A stretch of DNA of 64,000 nucleotides, taken from positions 47,432,001-47,496,000 of the forward strand of contig NC_058368.1 of assembly GCF_018350175.1 (NCBI RefSeq). Reading direction: 5' to 3'. Below, piece after piece: positions 50,972-63,195 of this stretch (its first letter is position 1; each line of letters starts with the position of its first letter). The translations under genes and the position numbers were made by a program. Below the pieces are notes generated by a model. The model was not told the DNA's origin. It searched no databases and saw only the letters and a program-made list of their open reading frames with translations. Origin of the DNA: Felis catus. Lineage: Eukaryota.

Positions 50972-52140
50972 GAATTTCACCCTATCCTACACTAACCTTA
51001 AAACAATCCTTGATCAAATATTATACATTACCAATGTTAGATTACTTCTTTCTCCTTCTAGACCATTGCTATCCAAAACAACTTTGAGATAGGAATATGC
51101 TTTCTGTGATCTCCAATATGGTAGCCATGGGACACAAGTGTGAGCACTTCTAAGGTGAGTAATGCAACTGAGATTTAAACTGATTTAAATCTGAATTAAA
51201 CTTAAACAGCCAGATGCAACTAGTGGCTACCTGTTAGAGCAGTCTCTGAATCTATATTCTAAAAAAAAATATCAAGCCCACCTTTTATTTTCTCACTTCG
51301 TTTTAGTTTTGTAAAATAATCATGATTGAAGATAAGCAGGGTGAAGGAAAGACTGGATGTCTGTCTAATGTCCTATCACATAAAATCTGTTTCTATAATA
51401 ACGATAGCTGCCATTTACATTTACCGTAGCTGTGTGCCATGCAGTGAAATAAGAATTTTATTAATACTGTTATTTCATTTGACTCTTATAACCATGCTAT
51501 GAAGTCATTGCTAAATCTACCTTATATATAAGGAAGTGAGTGCCCATGAGGTTCACTGATTCACTTAGCATGCCCTCCCATATCCCACTATTGTAGGAAT
51601 CCCTTTATTCCTCTTTCTGCCTCTAACTTTGCCCTTGATACAATGCATCATCTTACAAATTGGAATCAGAATGGTCTTTCCAATGAATAACATTTCTGAT
51701 CATTCTCCCCCATTCCTCCCAGGCATACTCTCATATACTCTTAATTTCTTTCAGCCTGCCTTATGAGGTAGGAAGCCCAGAATCCTATCTGCTATCTTTC
51801 TCTTCATAGCAGTCCTTTAGAATAAGATAGTTTAAAAATTACTGACCTACAGAATAAATTCTAGACCTTCGTTAGATGGCCCCTACCCTTCCTGTGCTAT
51901 CTCTTACGGTTCCTTCCCTTCTTCCTTCAGGACTAATGCTACAGCTTTATGCTCTCTGTCTGCACTGCACACTACTTCCTTATTGGTCAAATACTTATGC
52001 CTTATTCACAAACCAGCTATGGATTCCTTTATCCATTCATTCTAATGGTGCCACCATGTGACAGGTCCTACTCAGGTTGCTGAGAGTGTATTAATGAACA
52101 ATGCTAGTTTAGAAAGTCTTTCTTTAAGAATGGCACTTTC

Positions 52141-52340
52141 GGGGGCATCTGGGTGGCTCAGTTGGTTGGGCATCAGACTTCGGCTCAGGTCATGATCTCA
52201 AGGTTCGTGAGTTCGAGCCCCCATCAGGCTCTCTGCTGTTAGCACAGAGCCTGCTTTGGATCCTCTGTCTCCCTCTCTCTCTCTGTTCCTCCCCCGCTCT
52301 CTCTTTCCCTCTCAGAAATAACAAATATTAAAAAAAAATT
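52141..52340 (+). mobile_element. Can-SINE
   Basis: SINEC body. Confidence 0.9.
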
Positions 52341-52519
52341 TTTTAATATTATTTAATAAGCCTATTATAGTCACTCTTGTTTATAACCCAGCTCCTAATG
52401 AACTCCAGCTTACCTACTGATATTCTAATTTTTAAATTTAACTGTAAATCTAATATCCCAAAGTGGCCATTTTAATACTTTCACTTCTCAAAACCAAAAT
52501 AAAACAAACTCAAACTTAC

Positions 52520-52593
52520 CCCTTCTTCAGACAAACAAGCAAGACGATCTATGAGTTCTGGGTTAGCAGTTAGGCTCTTTACATATTCTTCAC
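52520..52593 (-). CDS. DIS3: DIS3 exon 4
   Basis: AG/GT; 74 nt; CEEYVKSLTANPELIDRLACLSEEG. Confidence 0.96.
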
Positions 52594-52976
52594 CTGAAAA
52601 GTAAGTTTTGTTGTTCTCAATAAAATCAAGTGATTTTTTTTTTAGATAAGAAAACATGAATAATGTTGTTTATATTACATCTATCAATTCTTTTTTAAAC
52701 CTGCATCTGTTGATATGGTCATGTCTAAGCAGAAATATCAGGTTAAGCACATCTATGAGCTTTTATTGCAAAACCAAGTACAAAGAGTGATGAGGAAAGT
52801 TACCAGCCACTGGCCACCACAACTTACTTGGCTGAGAAATGCTGAGAAATTTAAAAATGCAAAATATCACATGAAGTTATATAGAAACATGAAAATATTA
52901 AATATTCAAGTGACCATCTGACCAAGGGTCTGATGGTAGTTCATATTTGCAAATGCCTATAAAAATTAACAGCTTC

Positions 52977-53405
52977 AGGGCATCTGACTGGCTCAGCTGG
53001 TTACGTGTCTCACTCGATTTCAGCTCAGATCATGATCTCACAGTTTGTGGGTTTGAGCTCTGCATTGGACTCTCTGCACTGACAGTGCTGAGCCTGCTTG
53101 GGGTCTCCCTCTCTCTCTGCCCTTCCTCCACTAGCATGTGCTCTCCCTCTCTCAAAACCAAATGATGAGAGGCGCCTGGGTGGCTCAGTCAGTTAAGCGT
53201 CTGACTTCGGCTCAGGTCAAGATCTCGCAGTTTGTGAGTTCGAGTCCCGCGTCAGGTTCTGTGCTGACAGCTCAGAGCCTGGAGCCTGCTTTGGATTCTG
53301 TGTCTCCCTCTCTCTCTCCGCCCCTCCCCCGCTCACACTCTGTCTCTCTCAAAAAAAACATTAAAAAAAATTTTAAAAAAACAAAAAACAGATAAACTAA
53401 AAAAA
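52977..53405 (+). mobile_element. Two tandem or nested Can-SINEs
   Basis: Heads at about 52977 and 53168; outer TSD AAAAATTAACAG(C/T)TTC at 52961 and 53406. Confidence 0.9.
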
Positions 53406-53436
53406 AAAAATTAACAGTTTCTACATTTAGACTTAC

Positions 53437-53630
53437 AAGTGAAAGCTGGTATTCCTTCTTCTATGGCTTTTTCTTTGTTTTTCTTGTCATTTGTTATGAA
53501 AATAACTTGCAGGTGATTCTCTGCTGACATTTTCTTCAAATGTTCATTGTACCATTTTGCTGCTACTCGAATAGCTCTGTCATTTCTGTCATTAGCATTT
53601 TCTCCCTGTTCCTGTTCTACATAAGTTTCT
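53437..53630 (-). CDS. DIS3: DIS3 exon 3 (PIN domain)
   Basis: AG/GT; 194 nt; NANDRNDRAIR and FITND PIN acidic motifs. Confidence 0.97.
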
Positions 53631-54674
53631 CTAAATACAAAGGAGAAAATGAAGTAAATGAAAACCAATAGAAATAATATATAAAGTCTTAGGACATATA
53701 TGCTAAACTTAAAAGTCCATGGTATGTATTTTCCTCTTGAGTGCATTCAGATTCATGCCTCATGAAATATATGAGAACCTTATACTTTTTTAAGACAATG
53801 ATGGCTTGAAAAATAAGACAATCATGTTATTAATGAAACTATAAAAAGGCTAAAACAATTTTATTTCACAAAAAAATATTCAAGAGCAGAATTTATATTT
53901 TGGGTTGAGATCTGAAATAACAATTATTGTAAAAACTATAATAAAACTTTAAAGGTTTGATAAGATATTATCTGAAGTATAAATTAACAGTAATTCTCAG
54001 AAGCTACAAAGAGGATGTTCTAATCATATGATTCTACAGTCATTAAATACACAACACATATAAATTACCAACAGTAAGCACTTAATAAAATGGAAGAGGT
54101 TATCTAAAGACTGAAAGACCACATACAAATAATGACTGCATATTCCTTACTAGTCTATGCACTCTAAATTCCCAAATACGTTGGCATACTTACTTCCTTA
54201 AAATTGCTTTTCAAAGCCAAATTTAAATAACAAAATTTAGTGCAAAACTTTTAGTACTTACAAGTAATAGATTCAATTTTAGAATCTTAGACTTGTATTA
54301 ATAGTTTTTAGAACTGCTTCATTCCTCACCATTAAATGCTCCTGCTAATGCTTTAAGCTTATCAGTTAGACACAATCATTAATTTCTGAATTGGTTTTAG
54401 CTTGACTTGAGCAATAGAAACTTGGATGAGATTTGCCCAAGTGTCCTAAGATTCTTCCCACCAACTCCAGTATTGCTAAGCTATATTCATTGCACTTAGG
54501 CAGAAAAACTGCTAACTTCTGATGAAGAATCTGATGATAATGCTCCACAAAAACTTGGTCTTTCTGCACTGAAAAACAAGTAAATTTTCTGAATTTCAAA
54601 AAGCTAAGAATAAGATCACAAGTGCTTTACCAATGATTTTTACAAGAATAATACCTAAATTGGCGCTATAAAAA

Positions 54675-54925
54675 TAAAGAGAAGGAAAAAAAACAAGATA
54701 AAAACAGAGGGAGGCAAACCATAAGAAAATTTTAAATACAGAGAACAAACTGAGGGTTGCTGGAGGGGTGGGTTAAATGGTTTACGGGGATTAAGGAGAA
54801 CATTTTTGGGAATGAGTGCTGGGTGTCATATGTAAGAGATGAACCACTGGGTTCTACTCCTGAAGCCAGGACTACACTGTGTGTTAACTAACTTGAATAT
54901 AAATTAAAAAAAATAAATAAATAAG
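54675..54925 (+). mobile_element. Carnivore L1 3' end fragment
   Basis: GAGAACAAACTGAGGGTTGCTGGAGGG, also seen in the 8921-9860 L1 3' UTR; A-rich tail. Confidence 0.8.
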
Positions 54926-55004
54926 AGAAAATTGAGAAATTAAGTATTTTCAAATATGCATATTCCGATGAGATTTCATTACCAGAATTCTACCGTCTAA
55001 TCTA

Positions 55005-55220
55005 CTGAGGGTGATTTTGCTGCCCAGGAACATATGACAATGTCTGGAAACATTCTGGGTTGTTACAACTCTGTGAATAGAGGGGGACTGGGGGTCACTA
55101 CAGGCATGTAGAAGCACGAGATACTGCTAAACATCCTATGATGTAAAAGACAGCCTATTCACAATAAAGAATTATTCAGTCCAAAATGTCAACAGTGCTA
55201 AGGAAGGTTGAGAAGCCTTA
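55005..55220. mobile_element. MER20-like hAT element
   Basis: GGGTGATTTTGC..CCAGG..CAATGTCTGGA..CTGCTAAACATCCTA..CCAAAATGTCAACAGTGC. Confidence 0.75.
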
Positions 55221-55554
55221 ATGTAGTAAAAGTATACTATACGTCAACACAGATTATTTATGTAACAAAACAAATAACAATAAATGGGGGGGGGGGAGAA
55301 GTATCAATTTATTTTCACACCTTTATGCTGAAAGGTTGTAAATCTGAAATACAACAAAGAAGTCTGTTTCTTAACCTTATCTTCTTCATTGTGATCAGTT
55401 ATAAGGTATTAGTTTAACTTTTAAAAACCCATTAATAAATCTGCTTTATATTGTTAAACCTCTCTTTCATAAACTCTTACATTTTATCAATCTATGTTGA
55501 CATCAAATAACACAGTATTCTAGGAACCTAGGAAAATCTCATTTAAGATTCTTT

Positions 55555-55773
55555 GAAAAAAAATTTTTTTAATGTTTTTATTTTTGAGAGAGAGAAGAGA
55601 CTGAGCGCGAGCCAGGGAGAGGCAGAGAGAGAGGGAGACACAGAATCCGAAGCAGCCTCCAGGCTCTGAGCTGTCAGCACAGAGCCCGATGCTGGGCTCG
55701 AACCCACGAACCACGTGATCATGACCTGAGCGGAAGTCAGCCGCTTAACCGACTGAACCACCCAGGCACCCCA
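55555..55773 (-). mobile_element. Can-SINE
   Basis: SINEC body; TSD AAGATTCTT. Confidence 0.9.
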
Positions 55774-56090
55774 TCATCTTCCAAGATTCTTATTGCTCAA
55801 CTCATGCTAAAACCAACTCAAAATGAAAACGTTTTCGAAACAAAAGTACTGACTGCAGCCTAGGAGTCCAGAGACCTTAGTTCTAGGTTTGAACTAATCA
55901 ATGACTATATGACCTTAGTGAGGTCCACTGAGCATTATGTCTGTACAATTGTGTAACAATCAAATAACACTCCCATAAGTATGAAACTTACCACATGTTT
56001 TCTGACAATGTCACGTTACTGGCAGGAACTCTTCCCCAAATTTAGCCAATTGTATGGTTTTCTGGTAATTAACATAAAAATTTCCCCTAC

Positions 56091-56248
56091 CTATGGTGCT
56101 CATTAGTGAACGTATAGAAATGCTTCTCCTGGTTATTAGTCACATCTCGGATTCGTTTATATACAGGAGCACTCCGATTTCTCACTTCTTGCAGAACCGT
56201 CTGCAGTACAATTACATTCCTGATAGCTGGGTCTTCAAGAACATCGAT
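56091..56248 (-). CDS. DIS3: DIS3 exon 2 (canonical)
   Basis: AG/GT; 158 nt; IDVLEDPAIRNVIVLQTVLQEVRN, including E97. Confidence 0.97.
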
Positions 56249-56506
56249 CTTAAAAGAATGAAAAAATAAGTAAAGTTAAACTTTCCTATGTTCACTGATA
56301 AGCTGTTTCTGCCAAACATAAAACTGTGTCGATTTAAAAAAACAAACACTAAATATACGTTAAACTAAGGAGCTATTTTGCTACAGAAAACCCTTCGGGT
56401 CTATTAGAGAATAGCACATATTAAACAGACTAAATACAAAACTTCGTAGAATTAAGACCGTTAATAAATACGTTGGCCCACATGGTTTTCATTCGTAGGC
56501 ACTTAC

Positions 56507-56574
56507 AAGCTGCCTGGGAGTCGCAGGCTGGAGGCCACAGAAGCCCAGGTCCCCGGCCTCCAAACTCTTAAAAT
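56507..56574 (-). CDS. DIS3: DIS3 alternative (mutually exclusive) exon 2, ILRVWRPGTWASVASSLRLPGSL
   Basis: Acceptor ctcttctgccttAG, donor GTAAGT; 68 nt, no stop, same phases as canonical exon 2; resembles the human isoform-2 segment as recalled. Confidence 0.8.
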
Positions 56575-56855
56575 CTAAGGCAGAAGAGACACCAGGAGTT
56601 AGAAAAATAACCTAAAATTCTTATGACTCCAAGAACTCAAAAAAAAAAAAAAAAAAAAAACCCACACACAAAAAAACCCCACAATACAAAGAAAAGAACC
56701 TTGGCCTGGGGGACAGGAGGCAAGGGTCTGCCTCTCCCTAAGTAGGTAATGTTTTTCCAAGACGTGCCTCCTTGGGCCTCAATTTCCCTATTCTGTCACA
56801 CCCCCTTCTCCTGGTGGTGCCGAAAAGACCCCGGATCTCCCGCCCTCGGACGCAC

Positions 56856-57083
56856 CTGATGCAGCAGCACATTGGTGTCAGGAAGCAAGTAGTGCGGCCA
56901 GGGGCACAGGCTGCTCGCCGGATCCAGGGGCTGCGGCTCGAGGACCGGCCCCTCGTGGGCACCGCCGCACGCCGCGCAGCCGGGCGCGCCGCAGCCGATG
57001 TCGTCCCGCAAGTAATGCTCGCGCACGATCTTCATCACGCCACCTGCCCGCGTCTTTTTTAAGAAAGTCTTGGACTTGAGCAT
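56856..57083 (-). CDS. DIS3: DIS3 exon 1 coding part (exosome catalytic subunit RRP44)
   Basis: ATG at 57083; MLKSKTFLKKTRAGGVMKIVREHYLRDDI, CR3 cysteines, LPDTN PIN motif; GT donor; the 21 exons sum to 2877 nt = 958 aa + stop. Confidence 0.98.
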
Positions 57084-57419
57084 CTTGCTGGCAGCGCAGA
57101 ATCCCGACCCTTACCGCGCTCTTCCGGTGAAGAGTAACAAGCAGAAGCCCTACCGCACGACTGTACTTTACCCCGAAGTTCACCCCTTCCCGCTCCAGGG
57201 TATTAGTAAATACCGCTCGCGGGAAAACGTCGAGGCTGACATTGGTTGGCTCTCTGAGGGCTGCGAGGATTGGGCAAAAACTAGAAGCTCGGGAGGATTG
57301 GCAGATCTCGGAGCCATTTCCATCCACGATCTAGGCGGGACCTTCCTGTGGACCACAGCTCCCAGCATGCGTTGCTTCCCGCGTCGGGGTGGAACCAGTC
57401 TGAGTTCCGGCGACTGTAC

Positions 57420-57618
57420 GCTGCCGCTTCCTCCGTCCTCCTCGGGGCGCGGAAGTGGTTGTCTTGGTGACGGGTCCTAACGGTCTCCGACCTGAGATTC
57501 CTCGTTGAGGGGCTGCAACCTGAGCTTCTGTTCCGAGAAGCTTTCAGGTCCTTGAAGTGGACGCGGTGGGTGGGTGGCTGGTCCAGCCTTCGACGTGGAG
57601 TAATTTGAAGCTTTCGAG
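57420..57618 (+). other. PIBF1: Probable PIBF1 non-coding first exon (boundaries uncertain)
   Basis: The ATG exon has a splice acceptor at 58662-58663, so an upstream exon is needed; candidate donor GAG|GTAGCG at 57619; the start is a guess. Confidence 0.4.
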
Positions 57619-58707
57619 GTAGCGCGCCGCGCTGGCCCTTCCTTTCCCGCGCGGGGTAGGGAATCCTAGGCTGCCAGGCTTGGTTTTTCTTCACTGTCGC
57701 ACGTGTGGGCAGTCCCAGGCGCTGGTCCTTTGTAACCCAGATGCTGCCTCTCTCTGATTTCGCCTTTCTTTACCCTCTTTCCTTTGAAAGGAGGGGTGCC
57801 GTTTCCCCTCCATACATCTTTTTTTCTGATCATTCAGTTTAGAAAAGCTGATATCTGTAGTACCGTAAATAACTTATTATGTCGTTTAGTATTAAAACAC
57901 GAGAATTTCTAAAACCCTTGTGAAAGGGTAAGAAATTCGATTTAAAACACTTGAACTTTTCTACATTCTTGTTTTTATTCTATCTGGAAGTCTATTAAAA
58001 CGTATTCATTTCATTGTCTTCCCATTTTTTAAAAGTCTTCAGTGTTGCCTCATTGTGGAGTAAATTTCGGACACATTTTGACACTTGAGGATTCTCTGGA
58101 ATCTCGATTATTAAGGTCGTATGTGTGTTTGTATATGAGAGGTGGGGCGAGTCCTACTCAAATTCAGAAAGACTTGGCCCCAGCCGAACGACCACTATCT
58201 TCTGATGTTGGGTATATTCGCCAACCTTAATTCCTGCATGTTTTTTTTTGTTTTGTTTTGTTTTTTTTTTTTCCTTTTACTGCTCTAAATCCTACTTCTA
58301 CATAACCTTCCACCTATCAACTCAGAAGTGGCTAATCTCATCTTGAATGCGTGCTCCTTTTATTGTGTTCCTGGGTACTACTCACTTATGGCTTTTATCC
58401 TTTACATCCAAGATTTCTTTGTTTCCTCCAAGTAAGATTCCGGCCCCCAGGACCAGGGTTTTTTATTCATCAAGCGCAAATTCATAGTCAGGCTTAATGA
58501 GCTTAATGTTTGACTTGAGCCATAGTTTACTAATCTGTCCTAAATGAGGGGTCCTCCAGATTGTCTAATAATTACTTAGGCATCCTTAGTGCCTCTTTAG
58601 TATTCTTTATGCTTTCCATTAAGAATGTTTGAGTACATTTAAATAAATATTTTTAACCCTCAGGAAATTGAAATAGAACTGGAGAAGAAAACTGACCCAT
58701 AAAAAAG

Positions 58708-58959
58708 ATGTCTCGAAAAATTGCCAAGGCATCAAAAAAGGTGAACATCTCTAGCTCTCTGGAATCTGAAGATATTAGTCTAGAAACAACAATTCCTACA
58801 GACGATATTTCATCATCAGAAGAACGAGATGGGAAAATTAAAATCACCCAGCAACTAATTGAACGTAAAGAACTACTTCATAATATTCAGTTACTGAAAA
58901 TAGAACTATCCCAGAAAAATATGATGATAGACAACTTGAAAGTGGATTATCTTACAAAG
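58708..58959 (+). CDS. PIBF1: PIBF1 (CEP90) first coding exon, MSRKIAK...KVDYLTK
   Basis: Exon begins at 58664 after AG; ATG 58708; 252 nt; donor GTAAGA. Confidence 0.96.
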
Positions 58960-59911
58960 GTAAGATTTGGTGTAATTTTTGTTACCTGTGTGCTTTATTG
59001 TCTTCCAACTACAGATAAATAAGAATTAAAATTACGCATATGTAATCTGAACTTGATATGCTTATCATTTCAAGAAGTAAGTTATATTTTCTTGCATAGT
59101 TAAAAAAAAAAAACTTTCTGGAAGGAGAGAGGATGTGAATTATATTGCTGTGTACTGAACAAAAAGCCCTGAAGGAGGGGATGATTTGAAGTTGGGCAGG
59201 GAATGAATTGCCTCTGTAAACCCAATTTTTTGAATCTAGCATGTGTGAGGTATATCTTTTTAGGTGTTTTTTCCAGCCAAGTTGTTTTCTGCTTCATTGC
59301 GAATTAACCCTGACGTAACTAGTTTGATAGGGACAATCAAGATCATAATTAGGTTAGTGAGTCTGTATAGTCCTCTGTCCAGGGGATTTGGTTTCTTTGA
59401 TTTGTTTCTGTATGATAGTTAGTGTGTCTTAGAACCAAGTGGAATTTCAGTTACCATAGTGTTTAACAAGTGGTTTTTGCCAAATAAGAAGGGATGTCTT
59501 AGTCCTTGTTTTTTTTTTTTTTTTCCTCTTATGTGTGTATTTATAGGTATGGAGTATTTTATATAAGACCTGGTAAAATTGTCACTAGTTCTAAGAAATT
59601 TACAGTGATTTCAGAAAGATAGGAGACACTTCTTAATTCTTACTACTTCTGTCTCTGAGAAAATTCTCCACTTTTACTCTTGATCCCACCTCTTCCTACC
59701 CACCCCCATTTTGTTGTTTCACTTACACTTTCTTTCCTGTTAAGTCAGCCTCCTATTTTAGCTCTTGCCAATTATACCAACACACTTCAGTATCTTGCCA
59801 CTAGAAAAAATTGTTGACCATCCCTCTCTAGGAAAATGAGGTGTCCTAAACCCCAACATCTTCATGAAGTAAAGAAGTAATTTAGGTACACTTTTTAAAA
59901 ACATTAATGAC

Positions 59912-60133
59912 GGGGCGCCTGGGTGGCGCAGTCGGTTAAGCGTCCAACTTCAGCTCAGGTCACGATCTTGCGGTCCGTGAGTTCGAGCCCCGCATCGGGC
60001 TCTGGGCTGATGGCTCGGAGCCTGGAGCCTGTTTCCGATTCTGTGTCTCCCTCTCTCTCTGCCCCTCCCCCGTTCATGCTCTGTCTCTCTCTGTCTCAAA
60101 AATAAATAAACGTTAAAAAAAAATTTTTTTTTT
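59912..60133 (+). mobile_element. Young Can-SINE
   Basis: TSD AAAACATTAATG at 59898 and 60139; CpG-rich. Confidence 0.93.
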
Positions 60134-61175
60134 AAATGAAAACATTAATGGCTAACTTTTATTGAGTGCTTCTTCTGTGCCATACATTGTTCTATGAGAT
60201 TTTCATGTGTTACCTCATTTAAACCTCACAACAACTGTGTGAGGTGTAAGTGCTTTTAGGAGGATCTTCCCTGCCCCTTAACATTAAATGAATCAATATG
60301 ATAAATTAGCCCACTTCCTGATATTTGGTAAAAGCACACAATATTAGTTATTGTTGCTATTGCCTACTAAAATAATATCCTCATTTTTCACCCATTTTAT
60401 TTTCTATACTTTATATGTGTATTCATAGGAGCTACCTGACTTTTTTTGGTATCTGTCTCTTTTAATGGACTGTAAGGTTCATGAGAACAGGGGTTTCTTT
60501 GTAGTCTTGTGTCTCATCATCTCCAGCACTTAAAACAGTTCCTGACACGTCGTAAGTATGCAACTGTTTCTTAAATGAGGGACTGAACTCCATTTCACTT
60601 TGGATAAAACAGAATCACAAGTGGTTAATAGCATATGAAGGCCATTTAGATGGAAGTGATGGAGCCAGGTAGGATTCAAACCAAGAGATCTAAAGCCCAT
60701 ACTCTTAGTGAATCTCCTAACATGTTCTTAGGTTGTCTGTACAGTCACTTACTTAGGTGACTTGGTCTAGACTAGGTCACTTGGTATTTTACCAGTGTGT
60801 CCAGTGGTTTTCTGTTACAATAGTTTCCTATTGTTGATTGTTTCCTGTTGTCTATTTGTTTCTGTCTGCCCTTGGGCAGATCCCTTAACTTTGTTAGTCT
60901 CTTATTTTCTGTAAAATAAGAAAAATAGTAGTATTTGCTTCATGGAGTTGTTGGGAAGATTCAATTAATCAATGTACATAGCTCATGATACCTGCAGTAA
61001 AATAAGTAACTATAGCTACTATACTTATTCAGCACTATATTATTTTTGTACCACGTAGTGCTTAGTACAGTTTTTATTGTTGTGGTTTTCCAGTTGGACC
61101 ACAAAGGTAGAAAACCGGATTAGCATATTCCTGAGTTTATGTCACCTAATCATCACTGATCCTTGCCAAGGCCAT

Positions 61176-61402
61176 TTATTTTTCTTCAATGTTTACTTAT
61201 TTATTTTGAGAGAGTGAGAAAGAGCACATGCTCACGCAGGAGTGACAGAGAGGGAGAGAGAGAATCCCAAGCAGGGATTATATTCAGTCAGCACACTGTC
61301 AGCACAGAGCCCGACATGGAGCTCCATCCCACAAACTGTGAGATCAGACCTGAGCCCAGCTCAGGAGTAGGATGCTTAACAGACTGAGTCACCCAGGTGC
61401 CC
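61176..61402 (-). mobile_element. Can-SINE
   Basis: TSD CCAAGGCCA. Confidence 0.87.
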
Positions 61403-63094
61403 CAAGGCCACTTTTTATTTTGTGTACTTTTTTTATTCCCATGGCTCATTTCCCTTCTCTATGCAACCGTTTTAATGGTTTTTTTTTAAACATTTGTTCT
61501 TGAAAATGGGTATTTTTTTCCTTTACATAAATGTAAATTGCATGTTTTGCTTTAGAGTTTATCTCTTTCATAGTTTTTATTTTTTTCCCAACTCAGTGCT
61601 GCTTTTGAAATCATAATTGTTACTATGGTATATCTAGTCTTCTGCTTCTAATTTTAACATAATTATCTCTGTGTGTGTCTTCCAATCTATCCATCCACTA
61701 CCACAGTGATAGGCACTTAGGATGCCGCCCAACTCTTTGCCACCACATGCAACATGGGCCTTCTATAGACATTTCTCTTCTGGACCTGTGTGACCATTTC
61801 TTTGGCATGTATACTCAGGAGTAGAATTTCTGGCTCACAGGGTATATGTAGGCCTAATTAAACTGAGCGTACTGTCAAATTACTCTCCAGAATAGCTGCC
61901 TCCACTACATTACCATGTTTTTTTGTCCATGAGCAGTAGGGTTGTTTTGCTTAGAGACCCTTTGGGAGTAAGATGTTTGCTGTCAAATATATGGAAAAAT
62001 ACTATACGGTAGAAGAATTACATTTCTATAATTCATCAAATCCAAGGCAACTTGATTGTAAAGTGGACCCTTACTTGTATCACTGAGATTAAGAACTGCC
62101 AAGTTAAATTGTTACGTGCTAGAGATTGTAAAATGCATTCCAGTTTCAGAGATGTAATTTGTGAAGAAGTTAGAGTCTGAAGGAACAGAATTTTTAGCCA
62201 CTTATTTATTCTCTAAGGTTTACCAATACATTGAGCATTGGGGTTACGAGATGAACATCTCATTATTTAGCATTACAAAAAAATTTCCCTCATCAGATTA
62301 TCACTCCCTGATAATAGAAGTCACAGGAAAGGCAGATTTCTGCTGACTATAAACCTGTTTTTGCTATTAACATTTAAATGGCCTGATTGAAGTTACTGAG
62401 CTTCCTGTCATTGGAAGCATTCACGTAATCCTGAAAGGTCAAATGTCATGATATAGGTATTTTTGCTGTGGAAAAAGGTTGGATCAGCTGTCCAGTGTTT
62501 TAGGGATTAACACTGTTAATACCAGCTGTTAGTACCAGAGATTTAGAAAATGGTATCTGCCTAGACCAGAACTGTGGAAACAGTAGCTTACACAGGGTAA
62601 GAATTTTGTTTCTCTGTTTTAACAGGAATCTGAAAATAGGTAGTTTAGGCTTGGTATGGTTATTCCTTGATATTGTTAGGAGCGCAGGTTCCTACAACGT
62701 TTTTGCAGCTGTTTTAAGCGTGTAGTTTTCACAGATGCCTGATCTACCTCCGGCACTGTATCCATGTTACAGGCAGACATGAGAAGGGTAATAGGAAAAT
62801 AGGCACATGCCAAAGGATTCAATTAAAGAGCTTTCCCAGAGGCTCAAGCCAGTGACCTCAGTAAACCAGAACTAGAGGACAGCCTGGCAAAAAAACTTTT
62901 ATGTGGCAGCAGTTTAAACCACAGTTTCAAAACCATTTGTATGAACAGACTGTAATTTGTTGACACAACCATTGCAAAGGAACCTCTATTCATCTTTAGC
63001 CTTTTTTTTTTTTTACGTTTAGTATTTTTCAAACATTTCTTAATGATAAATTTGAAAGTTGACCATGTAATTTACCTCTTTCTTTTTTATGAAG

Positions 63095-63195
63095 ATTGAA
63101 GAATTAGAGGAGAAACTTAATGATGCTCTTCACCAGAAGCAGCTACTGACATTGAGATTAGACAATCAATTGACTTTTCAACAGAAGGATGCCAG
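63095..63195 (+). CDS. PIBF1: PIBF1 second coding exon, [33 protein letters not shown]
   Basis: AG/GT; 101 nt; coiled-coil sequence; gene continues beyond the window. Confidence 0.95.

Larger units (their letters stand above)
56800..57720. promoter_or_regulatory. CpG island / bidirectional promoter of DIS3 and PIBF1
   Basis: GC- and CpG-rich between divergent genes; ETS cores (CTTCCGG 57121, TTCCGG 57405, CGGAAGTG 57450), three ATTGG boxes, E2F-like sites (57218-57227, 57643-57650), ZNF143-like motif 57352-57370. Confidence 0.9.

Noticed and set aside
52323..52350. A-run/T-run palindromes at SINE tails (also near 17600, 36550, 60120)
   Set aside because: A recurrent feature of these SINE tails rather than a locus-specific structure.
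55986..56090. Strong GTAAGT donor 99 nt downstream of DIS3 exon 2
   Set aside because: The extension hits TAG immediately and there is no evidence of use; such hexamers are common.
56738..57694. Overlapping 62-149 aa ORFs on both strands
   Set aside because: Expected in a GC-rich, stop-poor CpG island; only DIS3 exon 1 has recognisable homology.
10087..61387. Many 60-115 aa ORFs of the type MAQSVKRPTSAQVMIS... or ...GSGHDLTV...
   Set aside because: They are translations of Can-SINE copies, not genes; their similarity reflects the repeat.
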